Shown: piece after piece, positions 54,245 through 64,000 of the stretch | How the letters are laid out: each line of letters opens with the position of its first letter | How positions within the stretch are numbered: the stretch's first letter is position 1 | Assembly: GCA_001275005.1 (NCBI GenBank) | Contig: JWZX01003253.1 | Span: 1 to 64,000, forward strand | Source: Chrysochromulina tobinii | Lineage: Eukaryota | Direction: 5' to 3' | DNA length: 64,000 bases | Notes under the pieces: generated by a model | The model's database searches: none | What the model was told of the DNA's origin: nothing | The model's input: the letters and a program-made list of their open reading frames with translations, nothing else | Program-made: the position numbers and the translations under genes

Positions 54245-55426
54245 ATGAAGCGCCTATGCAACCCTTGCTGCCCAGCGGGCGCCGTGAGCTCCGGCGCGAT
54301 CGGAGACGCGGAAGAGTACAGGGACGGGGGTACGTCGACAAGGGGCGGCGATTCAAGCAACGACGATCAGGAGCTCGGCCCGCTGCGCGTCCAGCCGTCG
54401 TCGAGGACGGCCAGCGGCAGCGGCACCACCGTCTACACCGACCAAGCCTCGATTCCCCAAAACTTTGTCGAGCTCGGGCCGGACAACCCCTGGCTCGTGT
54501 GCCGCTCGCCCGCCCACGGCGGCAAGCTCTTCTGGCTGCACCGCACCACGCAGGAGACGACGTGGCGGCAGCCGCTGCCGCGGCTCATGCCCTTGCCCAA
54601 GTGGAGCACGGTCCACGCTCCGATGCGCGAGACCGCGTTCGCGGTGATCGACCCGATCTTCTACGGCGCGCCCGCGGACCCGATCGACCCCAAGGCGCGC
54701 ACGGGCATCTGCGGCAAGCAGCCGCTGCCCGCGCCGCTGCGGAAAACGTGCGATACGCTCTCGCCCGAGCACCAGCTCTACCCGAAACGCTTCTTCGACC
54801 GTGTGGGCATCAAGCGGTTCGTCATGTGCGAGGACCTCAAGTATAACGGGCAGCGCCGGCGCGACGTGCCCGACCTGTCGAGCGGCACGCTCTACATCGA
54901 CGTGGGCGACCGCGCCGTGCGCCGCAAGCGCCACTCGTTCCACCATGAGCTCTGGCATATGGTCGACTACCATCTGCTCGGCAATGCCTTCGAGTCGCAC
55001 GATGCGGAGTGGTGTGAACACAACCCTCGGGGGTTTAATTACGGGAATGGCGGCAAGTTCATGCGGACCGACTCGAGCTCCTCGCAGCTCTCCTCGTCGC
55101 CCTCGCCCGAGTTCCTCAACCGTTACTCGACCTCGTCCATCGCCGAGGACAAGGCGGAGGTGTGGGCGTCGCTGATGTGTTACCAGCAGGTCCTCAAGAC
55201 CCCCGCCCTGCAGGCCAAGGCCGCGCTGCTCAAGAAGAGGGCCCTCAACATCTGCAGCGAGATGGACGAGAGATGGTGGGCGAAGGTGGTGCATGCCCAG
55301 CAGCAGAGCACCGATCATTGGGAGGTGCACTACGCCGAAGCGCACCGCGGGCGCGCCTTCTGGTGCAATTGGGTTACAGAGGAGAGGAGATGGGAGAAGC
55401 CGGCAGAGACAGCTTCGACCGCTTGA
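54245..55426 (+). CDS. Zincin-like metallopeptidase domain flanked by two WW domains
   Basis: PWLVCRS...GKLFWLHRTTQETTWRQP and WEVHY....GRAFWCNWVTEERRWEKP (WW); FHHELWH (HExxH) with YSTSSIAEDKAE supplying a likely third ligand. Confidence 0.82.
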   Translation: MKRLCNPCCPAGAVSSGAIGDAEEYRDGGTSTRGGDSSNDDQELGPLRVQPSSRTASGSGTTVYTDQASIPQNFVELGPDNPWLVCRSPAHGGKLFWLHRTTQETTWRQPLPRLMPLPKWSTVHAPMRETAFAVIDPIFYGAPADPIDPKARTGICGKQPLPAPLRKTCDTLSPEHQLYPKRFFDRVGIKRFVMCEDLKYNGQRRRDVPDLSSGTLYIDVGDRAVRRKRHSFHHELWHMVDYHLLGNAFESHDAEWCEHNPRGFNYGNGGKFMRTDSSSSQLSSSPSPEFLNRYSTSSIAEDKAEVWASLMCYQQVLKTPALQAKAALLKKRALNICSEMDERWWAKVVHAQQQSTDHWEVHYAEAHRGRAFWCNWVTEERRWEKPAETASTA

Positions 55427-55973
55427 GGCGACGGCCAGAGGTGATGGCCAGAGGCGACCCTATTCGTGATGCAGCCTGCACACATACCGCATCTCGAATA
55501 TTATTCCATTGTGTATTTACATAGTGTATGCTATACACAGTGTGTCTCAAACACGCTGATCGCTGTATTCTGTAAGCAGCGCAGTGTCCTTATTATAAAT
55601 CACAAACCATTCACCCTGGTCCCACAGACAGTGTGTGCGCCCGTCGTGTGAAGATGTGTGTGACGCTCATGGGATTTCATGGGTTCGGCCTGGAGCATGC
55701 CCAGGCTGGGACCGGAGAGGAGCACGAGTGAGCGCGCGCACGACCTCTCATTATTGAGCATTATTGAGCATGAGCTCCCACACATGGCACACATTGGCTC
55801 AATAATCGCATGTTGACATGTATTGAGCTTTGAGCATGTTGAGCTCCCAGTGCTTTTGTTGACCGAGGGCAGCGGAGCCACCTTTGAGACGGAGTGTGGT
55901 GGTGTGGCCGCGGACCACGGCGATTGGCTTGTAGAAGGTGTCAATTCAAGTCAACTCTTCAACTTGACTTGAC

Positions 55974-58505
55974 TTGATTTTCATCACAGTCACAGGCTTC
56001 CCTGCGTTTTTCATGCTGACACCCGGGTATTCTTGTCTCCCGCCGCACGACGTGTATGCGTTCTGCAACGTCTCGCTTGCAGAGTCCACGCGTCTCGACG
56101 ATCTCATCGGCAAGCTCACTACAACCGAGCTCATCGGTCAGCTCTTCATGGATGCAGACCTCGCGTTCGGCAACACCACGTATCCAAACAGCAGCAAAGG
56201 CGATCTCAAATCGACGAGCGTGCCACGCCTGGGCATCGCCCAGTTCTCACACCTGGGCCAGGGCAGCGTCTACCGTGGCGCGTCTAACGGGTGCAACCTC
56301 AACTGCTGCACGGGCGGAAAACCGCCCTGCATCTTCGATCGGCCATACGCGACCGTCTTCCCACAGGGTACAGGCTTCGCGGCTTCCTTTGACACAAAGC
56401 TCGTCTTCGAGGCTGCAGTCGCCATCGCCGACGAATCGCGCTCGTTCCAGCGGTACGTCTCGAATCGCACGGTCGAGTACCGCTCCGGCGCATCGTCGGT
56501 GATCAACATCGCGCGGGATCCTCGTTGGGGCCGCGTGCCGGAGACGTACGGCGAGTGCCCAACCCTCACGGGAAAGCTCGCGGTCGCATTCAACAAGGGG
56601 CTCATGGGCTTCGCGTCGGCGACGAGCCGCGAACCACCAAGCGTGCTCAAGCTCCTCCCCGTCATGCGCCACTTCGCCGCGTATGCGGGGCCGGAACGGA
56701 CCCGGTTCAGCTTCAATGCGCGAGTCAACGAGAAAGACTTGGAGCTCACGTACTTGCCTGCGTGGCGCCGGCTGGTGCGTGAGGGCGCGCTCGTGGGCGT
56801 CATGTCGGCCATCAGCGCCCTCAACGGCGTCCCTGGCATCGCGCATCGGACGCTCCTCACACACGTGCTCCGTGACACGTGGCTGTATGAAGGCTTCGTC
56901 TTGTCGGACTGCGACACCTTCCCTTCGCTGCTTCCCGACACCTTCCCGTCGTGGGACTGGGCGGGTTCGGCCGAGCAGGCTGCTGCGGACGCGCTGGGAG
57001 CGGGCAACGATATCAACTGCGGCCCGGGCTTTGGAGCGCTGCTCAACGCGACGCGGCTGGGCTTCGTCAACCGATCCGTGATTGCACTCGCTGCGAGGCG
57101 CGTGCTTCGCATGCGCATGCGGGTGGGCGACTTGCAGCCACCGCAGACGGACCCGTGGTGGGAGCACGCGCCGCCGCTCTCGGTCGTAGGCTCGCCGGAG
57201 CATGGGGCCATTGTGGACGCTCTCGTCGCCGGAGGCACGACGTTGCTGCATCACACGCCCGGCACGCTGCCGATCGGTCCGCCCATATTTGGCAGCAAGG
57301 CGCGCACGCGAGCACGGGGGGCGGACACGGGGAGCGTGGCGGCAGCTGAGCCGACGGCCTCGTACACGATCGCTCTGATCGGCCCCTCGGCCGATGACGT
57401 TTCGATCCAAGCGCACACGTACCACGGGACTCCGTCCGAGTGGATCTCGCTGCGCACGGCGATGGAGGCAGAGCTCGGGGGACGTGCGACGCTCACCTTC
57501 GCGCCCGGCTGCGCGATCGACTCGCCGGAGACCTCGGGCTTCGCGGCGGCGCTCGCGCTCGCCCAGACGGCCGATGCGGTCGTGTACGCGGGTGGGCTGA
57601 ACAATGCACTCGAGGAGGAGGATACAGATCGCATGAGCTCCCTCGGTCTGCCCGGTGTGCAACTCTCGCTGGTCGAGGCGCTCCGCAACGCGACCGCCGC
57701 TCGGCGCGTGCCGCTCGTGACCTTGCTCGTGTCCGGAGGGCCCCTCGCCGTCCCTAGCCTCGTGCCGCCGAGCCCGACCGCCGTCGATGCGCTCCTATGG
57801 ACGAGTTACTATGGCCAGTCCGCACGGCCGCTCGCGCGCATACTGCTCGGTACGGCGCTGCCGACGGGGCGGCTGCCGTTCACGGTGCCCTACAACACCA
57901 GCAGCCTGCCCCCGATCGAGGACTATGACATGAACGCGCCGCCCGGCCGCACGTACCGCTATCTCGATGCCGGGCAGGCACCGCCGCTCTTTCCATTTGG
58001 GTTCGGGCTGACGCTCGGGCAACCTTGGGCACTCGAGCCGCTCCAGCCCTCGAGCCTACGGCTGACTCTTTCGGCTCTGCGCGCCGCTGCCGCCGAGCCT
58101 TGCACGGAGACGAGCGGGGCGGGCCTGCTGATCAGCACGCGCCTGAGCCGACCACGCTTGAGCGGGCTAGCAAACGGGCTAGCTGCCCATTCGACCGACC
58201 TGAGTGGTCCCGTGGGCCACTCCTTGCTGCTCTTTGGCGCCCTCCACAACCGCACAGGGGCGCGCTCCCCCTACCCGCGCCAGCAGCTGCTCGATGTGGT
58301 GAAGCCCCTCCTGCTTCCCGGCGACTCAACCTTGGTCACTCTGCGGGTGTGCGCGAGCGAGCTGCTCGAGGAAGGCCTCGGGCTCGATCGTCAGCCGCTG
58401 CCGAATACTCTCCGGCTTTGGGTGGGAGACGCTGCTCGAACATCGCTCGATCGTCAGGTCGATGTGCACATCGACTTGGACGAGTTCGAGGACGCGTGCG
58501 ATTGA
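55974..58505 (+). CDS. Glycoside hydrolase family 3 beta-xylosidase/glucosidase (5' end uncertain)
   Basis: ATVFPQ; INIARDPRWGRVPETYGECP; RHFAAY; VMSA..A.NGVP; GFVLSDC (nucleophile Asp); EEEDTDR..LGLPG.Q; P.GRLP.T; GRTYRY...PLFPFGFGL. Confidence 0.93.
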   Translation: MIFITVTGFPAFFMLTPGYSCLPPHDVYAFCNVSLAESTRLDDLIGKLTTTELIGQLFMDADLAFGNTTYPNSSKGDLKSTSVPRLGIAQFSHLGQGSVYRGASNGCNLNCCTGGKPPCIFDRPYATVFPQGTGFAASFDTKLVFEAAVAIADESRSFQRYVSNRTVEYRSGASSVINIARDPRWGRVPETYGECPTLTGKLAVAFNKGLMGFASATSREPPSVLKLLPVMRHFAAYAGPERTRFSFNARVNEKDLELTYLPAWRRLVREGALVGVMSAISALNGVPGIAHRTLLTHVLRDTWLYEGFVLSDCDTFPSLLPDTFPSWDWAGSAEQAAADALGAGNDINCGPGFGALLNATRLGFVNRSVIALAARRVLRMRMRVGDLQPPQTDPWWEHAPPLSVVGSPEHGAIVDALVAGGTTLLHHTPGTLPIGPPIFGSKARTRARGADTGSVAAAEPTASYTIALIGPSADDVSIQAHTYHGTPSEWISLRTAMEAELGGRATLTFAPGCAIDSPETSGFAAALALAQTADAVVYAGGLNNALEEEDTDRMSSLGLPGVQLSLVEALRNATAARRVPLVTLLVSGGPLAVPSLVPPSPTAVDALLWTSYYGQSARPLARILLGTALPTGRLPFTVPYNTSSLPPIEDYDMNAPPGRTYRYLDAGQAPPLFPFGFGLTLGQPWALEPLQPSSLRLTLSALRAAAAEPCTETSGAGLLISTRLSRPRLSGLANGLAAHSTDLSGPVGHSLLLFGALHNRTGARSPYPRQQLLDVVKPLLLPGDSTLVTLRVCASELLEEGLGLDRQPLPNTLRLWVGDAARTSLDRQVDVHIDLDEFEDACD

Positions 58506-58771
58506 GGTGGCAGGTGCGAGGGGGCACATGTGTGTGATCGTGCTGACGAGAGGCTGCATGTCACTGTGGTCGAGGTTAGAAAGGAAGGAGGTGAAGCGCG
58601 TTTTTCCATGAGTTGCACGTCCTGTGAAGTGCACCGTCGACCTGGATTGACTGAACTGCTCAGAAATCTCACCAAATCACTCATCATAAAGTGGCCAGAT
58701 TTTCTTCGTCGATTTTCTTTGAGATTTTTGCAACGCATTCTCAGATTACTGACGCGCCACAAGCAGCGCCC

Positions 58772-61700
58772 ATGGTGCTGCCGCCCAACCTGGCTGCTCT
58801 CCTTTGCCTCGCGTTGACGTCGTCGCCGCCCAAGGTCCATACGACGACCCCATCCGCGCGCCGCCCCTTCCCGACCAAGACGCCCCGCGCCGCCACGCTC
58901 CAACTGAGCGCGCTGGGTCGGTCGGAGGATGCCAACACTCGCCGAGCCCGTGTGATGGCATCCGCGGCCAACAACGTGACGACGGCGCCGCCCGAGCTGG
59001 CGCCTTTCATCGAAACCCTTGCGAACCAACTGCCCTCCGCGTGGGCGTCGCTCCCCGAGGCCCTCCGCAAGTTCCTCCCCGACTATGAGCCCGACGAGGC
59101 GCTGGCGGGGAAGGACATGGCAGCCAAGGCGGCCGCGGAGGAGGCCGAGGCTGCGGCGCAGAAGGTGCTCGCGATGCGCGCCAAACGCATGGGGGCTGAG
59201 AGCGTCATGGCCGTCGAGACGTCCAAGAAGGAGCAGCACAACAACATCCTCACCACCTACGGAGCCGACTACGGGGCTGAGGCCCCCGCGCCCACAAGGG
59301 AGTATTCGAGCTCCTACGGGGTCGACGCTGGCGCCGGCGCGGGCGCCAGTGCTGGAGGGAGCACCCGTCAGGGCGGACCTCCCATCGACGAGGAGCGTCG
59401 CAATCGCTCGCCCGGGCTCCAGCGCAACTTTTACGACGTGCCTACTTCGGACTTCAAGCGGCCGCACGGCATGATGGGTGGCGTCGTCGGTGGCGGCGGC
59501 GGCGGCGGCGTCGGCGGCAGCAGCATGCCACCTGCTTCTCAGGCGCCTCCCTCCGACCAGGGGTCTGCGACGCCTTACGGCGTCGATTACGGCTTGCCGC
59601 CCGGCACCCAGTTCGGCGCGGAGACGCCGCTCGAGGGCCAGGCACGCGAGAGAGCGATGGCGGCTTTCAAGGCGCGAGCTGGCTCCGAGTCGCCGGCGGA
59701 CGTGTCGGCGCGCGTGCTGTCGATCCGTACGATGTACAGCGCGCTCAACGTGCCCGTGGACGCGTCGATGACGAGATGGACGGACGCGGAGCTCGGGGAG
59801 TACTTCGCGAGTGGAGGCCTCAATCGGCCAGGGATGCCCAAGCCGCAGCCGGGTCAAGCCCCCGAGGCGGCCCCATACGTGCCGCCACCCATCGACCAGG
59901 ATCGTCGCAGCCGCTCGCCGGGGCTGTCTCGCAACTTTTACGAGATTCCGACGGCGGATTTCAAGCGGCCGCACGGCGTGAGAGGGCCCCTGCCACCGGA
60001 CCCACCGCCTCCGGCTGCCGCGCCACCGTCGATGGCCTTCGGGGCCGAGTCCCCTGCGCCTGGGCGCGAGAGAGAGTACCAGGCGTATCAGGCGGCGCAG
60101 GGCGGTGCTGGCCAGAGCATGGGGGGGGGCTCGAGCTTCACACCGCCAGCCTCGAGCTTCACACCGCCCCCGATCGATCAGGAGCGTCGCAATCGCTCAC
60201 CCGGCCTCTCGCGCAACTTTTACGAGATCTCGACCTCAGACTTCAAGCGGCCGCACGGCATGAGAGGTCCGATGCCGCCCGAGGCGCCACCGCCATCGGC
60301 TGCCGCGCCGCCGATGACCTTCGGGGCACCGGCGCCTGCGCCAGCCTTTCCTGGCATGGGGGGTCCAATACCAGGCCAAAACTACCAGGTTGAACGAGCC
60401 ACGTCATATCAGCCGGGCGGTCCTGGTCAGAGCATGGGAGCCTTCCCCAGTGGAGCCTTCCCCAGCTTCACGCCACCGCCAGTCGACGAAGATCGTCGCA
60501 ATCGTTCGCCAGGCATGCAGCGCAACTTTTACGACGTGCCTACTTCGGACTTCAAGCGGCCGCACGGCATGATGGGCCAAACGCCGCAGCCGCCAGCAGC
60601 CCTCGAGGCGCCGCCGGCTGCTGCGAACTATGGCGCCCAGCCAACGAATGCACCCTCGCAGTATGGAGCCACGAGCCCGACGGCTCCAGCCGCACAAAAT
60701 GGCGCGTCGATGCGCTTCCCAACGTCGGCAGCGACCAGGCGGCCCGTGCCACCGGCGGCAGCGACCACGCTCCCGGAGCCGGCATGGGCAGCGGCCGCTC
60801 CCTCCCAACAGCCAGCAGCACCGCTCAACGGGCCGGCTGTGCCCACGTGGGAGGCGTCGACGCCGCCGGTGCAGGCGGCGCCGGCGACAGCGCCTGGCGT
60901 GCAGTCGGCAGCAGCGGCGACTGCTGCGGCGGCGGCCCAGGCAGCGACTGCGGCGGCGGCGACCGAGGCAGCGACTGCGGCGGCGGCGACCGAGGCAGCG
61001 ACTGCGGCGGCGGCGGCCAAGGCAGCGGATGCGGCGGCGGCGACCGAGGCAGCGACTGCGGCGGCGGTGGCCAAGGCAGCGGATGCGGCGGCGGCGGCGG
61101 CGGCCGAGGCAGCGACTGCAGTGGCGGTGGCGGCTGCGGCGGCCGAGGCAGCGGCGTTGCAAGAACGGGTGGCGCGCCTTGAGGACTTTATCATACAGCT
61201 CGAGCGCTCGAACGAGGCGCTCGGTACGGCGTTGACGGACCTGCGCACGAAGGAGGAGGAGGCGAAGAGGGAGGCTGTCGAGGCACGTGCGAGGGAAGAG
61301 GCCCTCGCCCAACGGCTCGCGGCCCTCGACTACTACATCGCTCTCGATGCCGCGGTAGCTCCGGAGAGCGCCGCCGGCGGCGTCGTCACGATGGCCGAGT
61401 CGAGTGGGCGAGTGGGTGCCGGCACCGCAGCTGTGACCGGTGCCGCTTCCGTCGCCACTCCGGCAGTCACCGCCGCCGATGGCGACCTGTTCGTCTGGGA
61501 TGCGAGCCACGCGACCGCCCACGACCACGCGACCGCGGACGAGACCGCTGCCGCCCCTGCCACCCCCGCTGCGATGCCGCCCCCCTTGGCTGCTCCGACG
61601 GCCGCGCCCCAAGCTGCCCATCCCCAAGCTGCCCATGCCGCTTTCCCGGATCGGCCGTACGCGGGGTGGCAGCCGGGAGCTACTTCTCGGTGGCGGGCTG

Positions 61701-61978
61701 TGACGCCGGTGACGGCCGCTCCTGGCCCCCTGCCCAGCGCCAGCGACAACAGCGCGCGTGCGGCCGCCGCCAAGGCGGCCTGGCTCGCCTCACGGAGCAC
61801 CGGCCTGCCCAAATTTGGAAAGCCCAGAATGAGTGCTTCGGACGACATGCCACCGGAGGCTCCGTACCTGCCGCCGCCGCCCGCCGAGGACATGGTCGAG
61901 GCATCGATGCGTGCGATGCTCGATCAGCGCGGTGCACAGGCCTGGGCACAGGGCGCGCGGGCGCAGTACCATCGATGA
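58772..61978 (+). CDS. Signal/transit-peptide-bearing Pro/Ala/Gly-rich disordered protein with four 31-aa repeats and a coiled coil; function unknown
   Basis: MVLPPNLAALLCLAL then a Ser/Thr/Arg-rich segment; PP[IV]DxxRRxRSPGxxRNFY[DE]xxTxDFKRPHG at 59378, 59885, 60167 and 60476; Ala-rich helix; LQERVARLEDFI..LE coiled coil. Confidence 0.82.
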   Translation: MVLPPNLAALLCLALTSSPPKVHTTTPSARRPFPTKTPRAATLQLSALGRSEDANTRRARVMASAANNVTTAPPELAPFIETLANQLPSAWASLPEALRKFLPDYEPDEALAGKDMAAKAAAEEAEAAAQKVLAMRAKRMGAESVMAVETSKKEQHNNILTTYGADYGAEAPAPTREYSSSYGVDAGAGAGASAGGSTRQGGPPIDEERRNRSPGLQRNFYDVPTSDFKRPHGMMGGVVGGGGGGGVGGSSMPPASQAPPSDQGSATPYGVDYGLPPGTQFGAETPLEGQARERAMAAFKARAGSESPADVSARVLSIRTMYSALNVPVDASMTRWTDAELGEYFASGGLNRPGMPKPQPGQAPEAAPYVPPPIDQDRRSRSPGLSRNFYEIPTADFKRPHGVRGPLPPDPPPPAAAPPSMAFGAESPAPGREREYQAYQAAQGGAGQSMGGGSSFTPPASSFTPPPIDQERRNRSPGLSRNFYEISTSDFKRPHGMRGPMPPEAPPPSAAAPPMTFGAPAPAPAFPGMGGPIPGQNYQVERATSYQPGGPGQSMGAFPSGAFPSFTPPPVDEDRRNRSPGMQRNFYDVPTSDFKRPHGMMGQTPQPPAALEAPPAAANYGAQPTNAPSQYGATSPTAPAAQNGASMRFPTSAATRRPVPPAAATTLPEPAWAAAAPSQQPAAPLNGPAVPTWEASTPPVQAAPATAPGVQSAAAATAAAAAQAATAAAATEAATAAAATEAATAAAAAKAADAAAATEAATAAAVAKAADAAAAAAAEAATAVAVAAAAAEAAALQERVARLEDFIIQLERSNEALGTALTDLRTKEEEAKREAVEARAREEALAQRLAALDYYIALDAAVAPESAAGGVVTMAESSGRVGAGTAAVTGAASVATPAVTAADGDLFVWDASHATAHDHATADETAAAPATPAAMPPPLAAPTAAPQAAHPQAAHAAFPDRPYAGWQPGATSRWRAVTPVTAAPGPLPSASDNSARAAAAKAAWLASRSTGLPKFGKPRMSASDDMPPEAPYLPPPPAEDMVEASMRAMLDQRGAQAWAQGARAQYHR

Positions 61979-62278
61979 GTTCAAATGGCTTCACCTCGCA
62001 GCGCACCTCTCTCCAGTGTAGTAGATGCCATGCTCATGGGCGTGTGCTTGGGCAGTGACCTGTCGACTGTGCATGCGCCCGGATCTTCATCACGTTGCCG
62101 CGCGTTTTCATGTTAATAGGATCTCTGGTGTCTCGTGTATGTGGCTTTTAAAACTTGGATGTAGGGAAAACCCACACCCATAATAGGAAAACGACCCATA
62201 AAAGGATCGCAAGCCCAGTTCTCGTCCACCCAGAGCGTGCTCGCGCGCGTCGCCGAGGCCGAGTTCCCGGCTGCGGAC

Positions 62279-64000
62279 ATGCCAGCCGCTGTGGCAGCGC
62301 TAGCACTGGCGTCGTTCCTTGGAGTCGTTCCCTGGAAACCAGACGCATCTGCTTTGCAGGAGGCGGCTCATTCCTGGTTCGAGCAGAAAGCCCCGGTACC
62401 AGTGGCCAAGAAGGGTCCCCTGTCGCTCGATGATAAAGCTCCCAACCCGTATACGGCGTCAACGCCCCGCTATTTTTCTAACGCAGTGGACGAGGCCAAG
62501 TTTTACGAGAAAGTGGAAAAGGATAAGGAGGAGGCAGCGATTGCGGCCGAAAGAGCGGCGCAAAAGGCGAAGGCCGATGCGGCCGAGGAGGTCTTGATGG
62601 CGTCGTTAAAGGCCATCAAGGATGAGACGGAGGCGGCAAAGGCCAAGGCTAAAGAGGAGGCGGAGGCGTTGAAGGAGAAGGCGTTGAAGGAGAAGGCCGA
62701 TGCGGAGGCGCTGAAGGCCGATGCGGATGCGAAGAAGAAGCTCTGGCTGGAGGAGAAGGCCAAGAAGGATGCGGCGTGGGAGGAGAAGAAGGCGGCGGCG
62801 GCGATTCAGGGCAGCTGGCACTGGCCCGGGCCGAAAGGTACCGACGATGACCCGGAGGCCTCTCCGGGACCCGAGGCGGAAGCCGAGGCGCCCGAGGACA
62901 ATGCTCCCGAGCCGCCTAAGAAAGAGAAGAAAGACTGGGATGCGGAGAAGGCCAAGAAGGACGCTGCGTGGGAGGCCAAGAAGGCGCCGGAGAAAGCTCC
63001 CGTACCAGTGGCCGCAGCGCCTGCCTCCTCCGAAGAGACGGGCCGCGCGCAGGTGCTCGTCGTCGTCTCTGACCATGGAAGCGGCACCTCGACCTTTGGG
63101 AAAGCGCTCCAGACGCACCCGTGCATGTTTGACCTGGGGGAGACGTTCACTGCGAACTATCCGTGGTCGTCGACCAAGAACCTGAAGGCGTGCGGTGAGT
63201 CGCAGGACCGGAGTGCGATCTTCGACGCGGAGTCCGGTCTCCTCCTAAGGAAGAGTAACGATCAACTCTCGTCCAAGTTCGCAAGCAGCTTCGACGACAA
63301 GGAGATCCAGGTCGGGTCCAAGGCTGCGGACGGCGCCGATCCTTCTCTGTACGCGAACCTGCCCTACGACCTCGGCGAATACTTTGTCCGCATGCGCGAT
63401 CTCATCTGCAAGAACGTGCCCGAGAAAATGTGCGCCCCGTCGGAGTGCTCGATCACCGTCAAGATGTTCCCGCAATTCTTCGACGGCACCACGGGCGGAT
63501 TTTCGGATGCGGATGACAAGCCCTCGGAGTGCACGATTGCGCGAAACGATGCGGCTCTCAAGGCATGGAAGAAGGAGCTCGCGTCGATGACGGCCAACCC
63601 CAAGGTCGCGACGCTGGCCCTCATTCGGTACGAGCGCGACAGGCAGTTCTCCACCTTTCACCGGTTCACTGCTCCCGGCACCAAGTTTGACTGCAGCTTC
63701 CCGCGCAAACCCTACGACTTCGCCGTCGTGGCAAATCAGGTCGCCGACGGCCACATTCAGATTGAGAACTGCTGGACGGGTGCTGCCGGGGCCGCCGAGT
63801 GCCTCAAAAACGCGCTCAGCCTGGTCGGTCTGACGCCCGAGTTGATGGGCGACAAGGGTACGACGCTGATGACGGGTGGCACAAAAGAGAGCATCAGCAG
63901 CAAGGCCTCAAGCTGCTCTACCGACCCTGACGCCACCTTCGTGTCCGAGAAGAATGACGAGGTGAAAATGATCCATGGCGAGCTCACTACATTCTACTAC
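62279..64000 (+). CDS. Secreted or Golgi sulfotransferase-like protein with K/E/A-rich stem; runs off the window end
   Basis: Absent from the ORF track, consistent with no in-window stop. ATG 62279 gives MPAAVAALALASFLGVV; then VLVVVSDHGSGTSTFGKALQTHPCMFDLGETF (5'-PSB-like loop plus HP...GE.F), VKMFP and LIRYERDRQFS (3'-PB-like). Confidence 0.7.
   Translation, partial: MPAAVAALALASFLGVVPWKPDASALQEAAHSWFEQKAPVPVAKKGPLSLDDKAPNPYTASTPRYFSNAVDEAKFYEKVEKDKEEAAIAAERAAQKAKADAAEEVLMASLKAIKDETEAAKAKAKEEAEALKEKALKEKADAEALKADADAKKKLWLEEKAKKDAAWEEKKAAAAIQGSWHWPGPKGTDDDPEASPGPEAEAEAPEDNAPEPPKKEKKDWDAEKAKKDAAWEAKKAPEKAPVPVAAAPASSEETGRAQVLVVVSDHGSGTSTFGKALQTHPCMFDLGETFTANYPWSSTKNLKACGESQDRSAIFDAESGLLLRKSNDQLSSKFASSFDDKEIQVGSKAADGADPSLYANLPYDLGEYFVRMRDLICKNVPEKMCAPSECSITVKMFPQFFDGTTGGFSDADDKPSECTIARNDAALKAWKKELASMTANPKVATLALIRYERDRQFSTFHRFTAPGTKFDCSFPRKPYDFAVVANQVADGHIQIENCWTGAAGAAECLKNALSLVGLTPELMGDKGTTLMTGGTKESISSKASSCSTDPDATFVSEKNDEVKMIHGELTTFYY

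Overview
High-GC, gene-dense eukaryotic nuclear DNA with few short GT-AG introns and a plastid signal peptide ending in ASAF. I infer a secondary-plastid alga, most likely a haptophyte. About 22 protein-coding genes are supportable; no rRNA, tRNA or CRISPR array was seen. Ordinary genes: DPM3, PPP4R4, an NCKX exchanger, AFG1 ATPase, a SAM methyltransferase, NMD3, sphingosine-1-phosphate lyase, thioredoxin, a GH3 glycosidase, EF-hand proteins and a partial sulfotransferase-like gene. Five things stand out. (1) 1-6126 is a lower-GC, rearranged, probably mobile region. Its ~1500-aa ORF fuses Tudor-like, UBA-like, Rossmann methyltransferase-like and GIY-YIG nuclease domains with four near-identical 83-87-aa repeats and a Zn-knuckle-like tail. 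It is flanked by a truncated second copy ending at A10, a decayed SMARCAL1/ZRANB3 fragment, interlocked inverted repeats and a 5'-truncated UNC-93 gene. (2) A 2290-aa DEMETER/ROS1-type DNA glycosylase is fused to a GCN5-type GNAT, four PHD fingers, an HMG box and a J-like tail, which puts functions of the plant IDM1-ROS1 demethylation pathway into one chain. (3) A probably plastid-targeted disordered protein with four 31-aa repeats is a candidate pyrenoid or condensate linker. (4) An XK-family membrane protein carries EF-hands and a long decapeptide solenoid. (5) A second accessory island (36.6-40.7 kb) carries a PhyH-type 2OG-Fe dioxygenase. All domain calls come from motif recognition by eye, not database searches.
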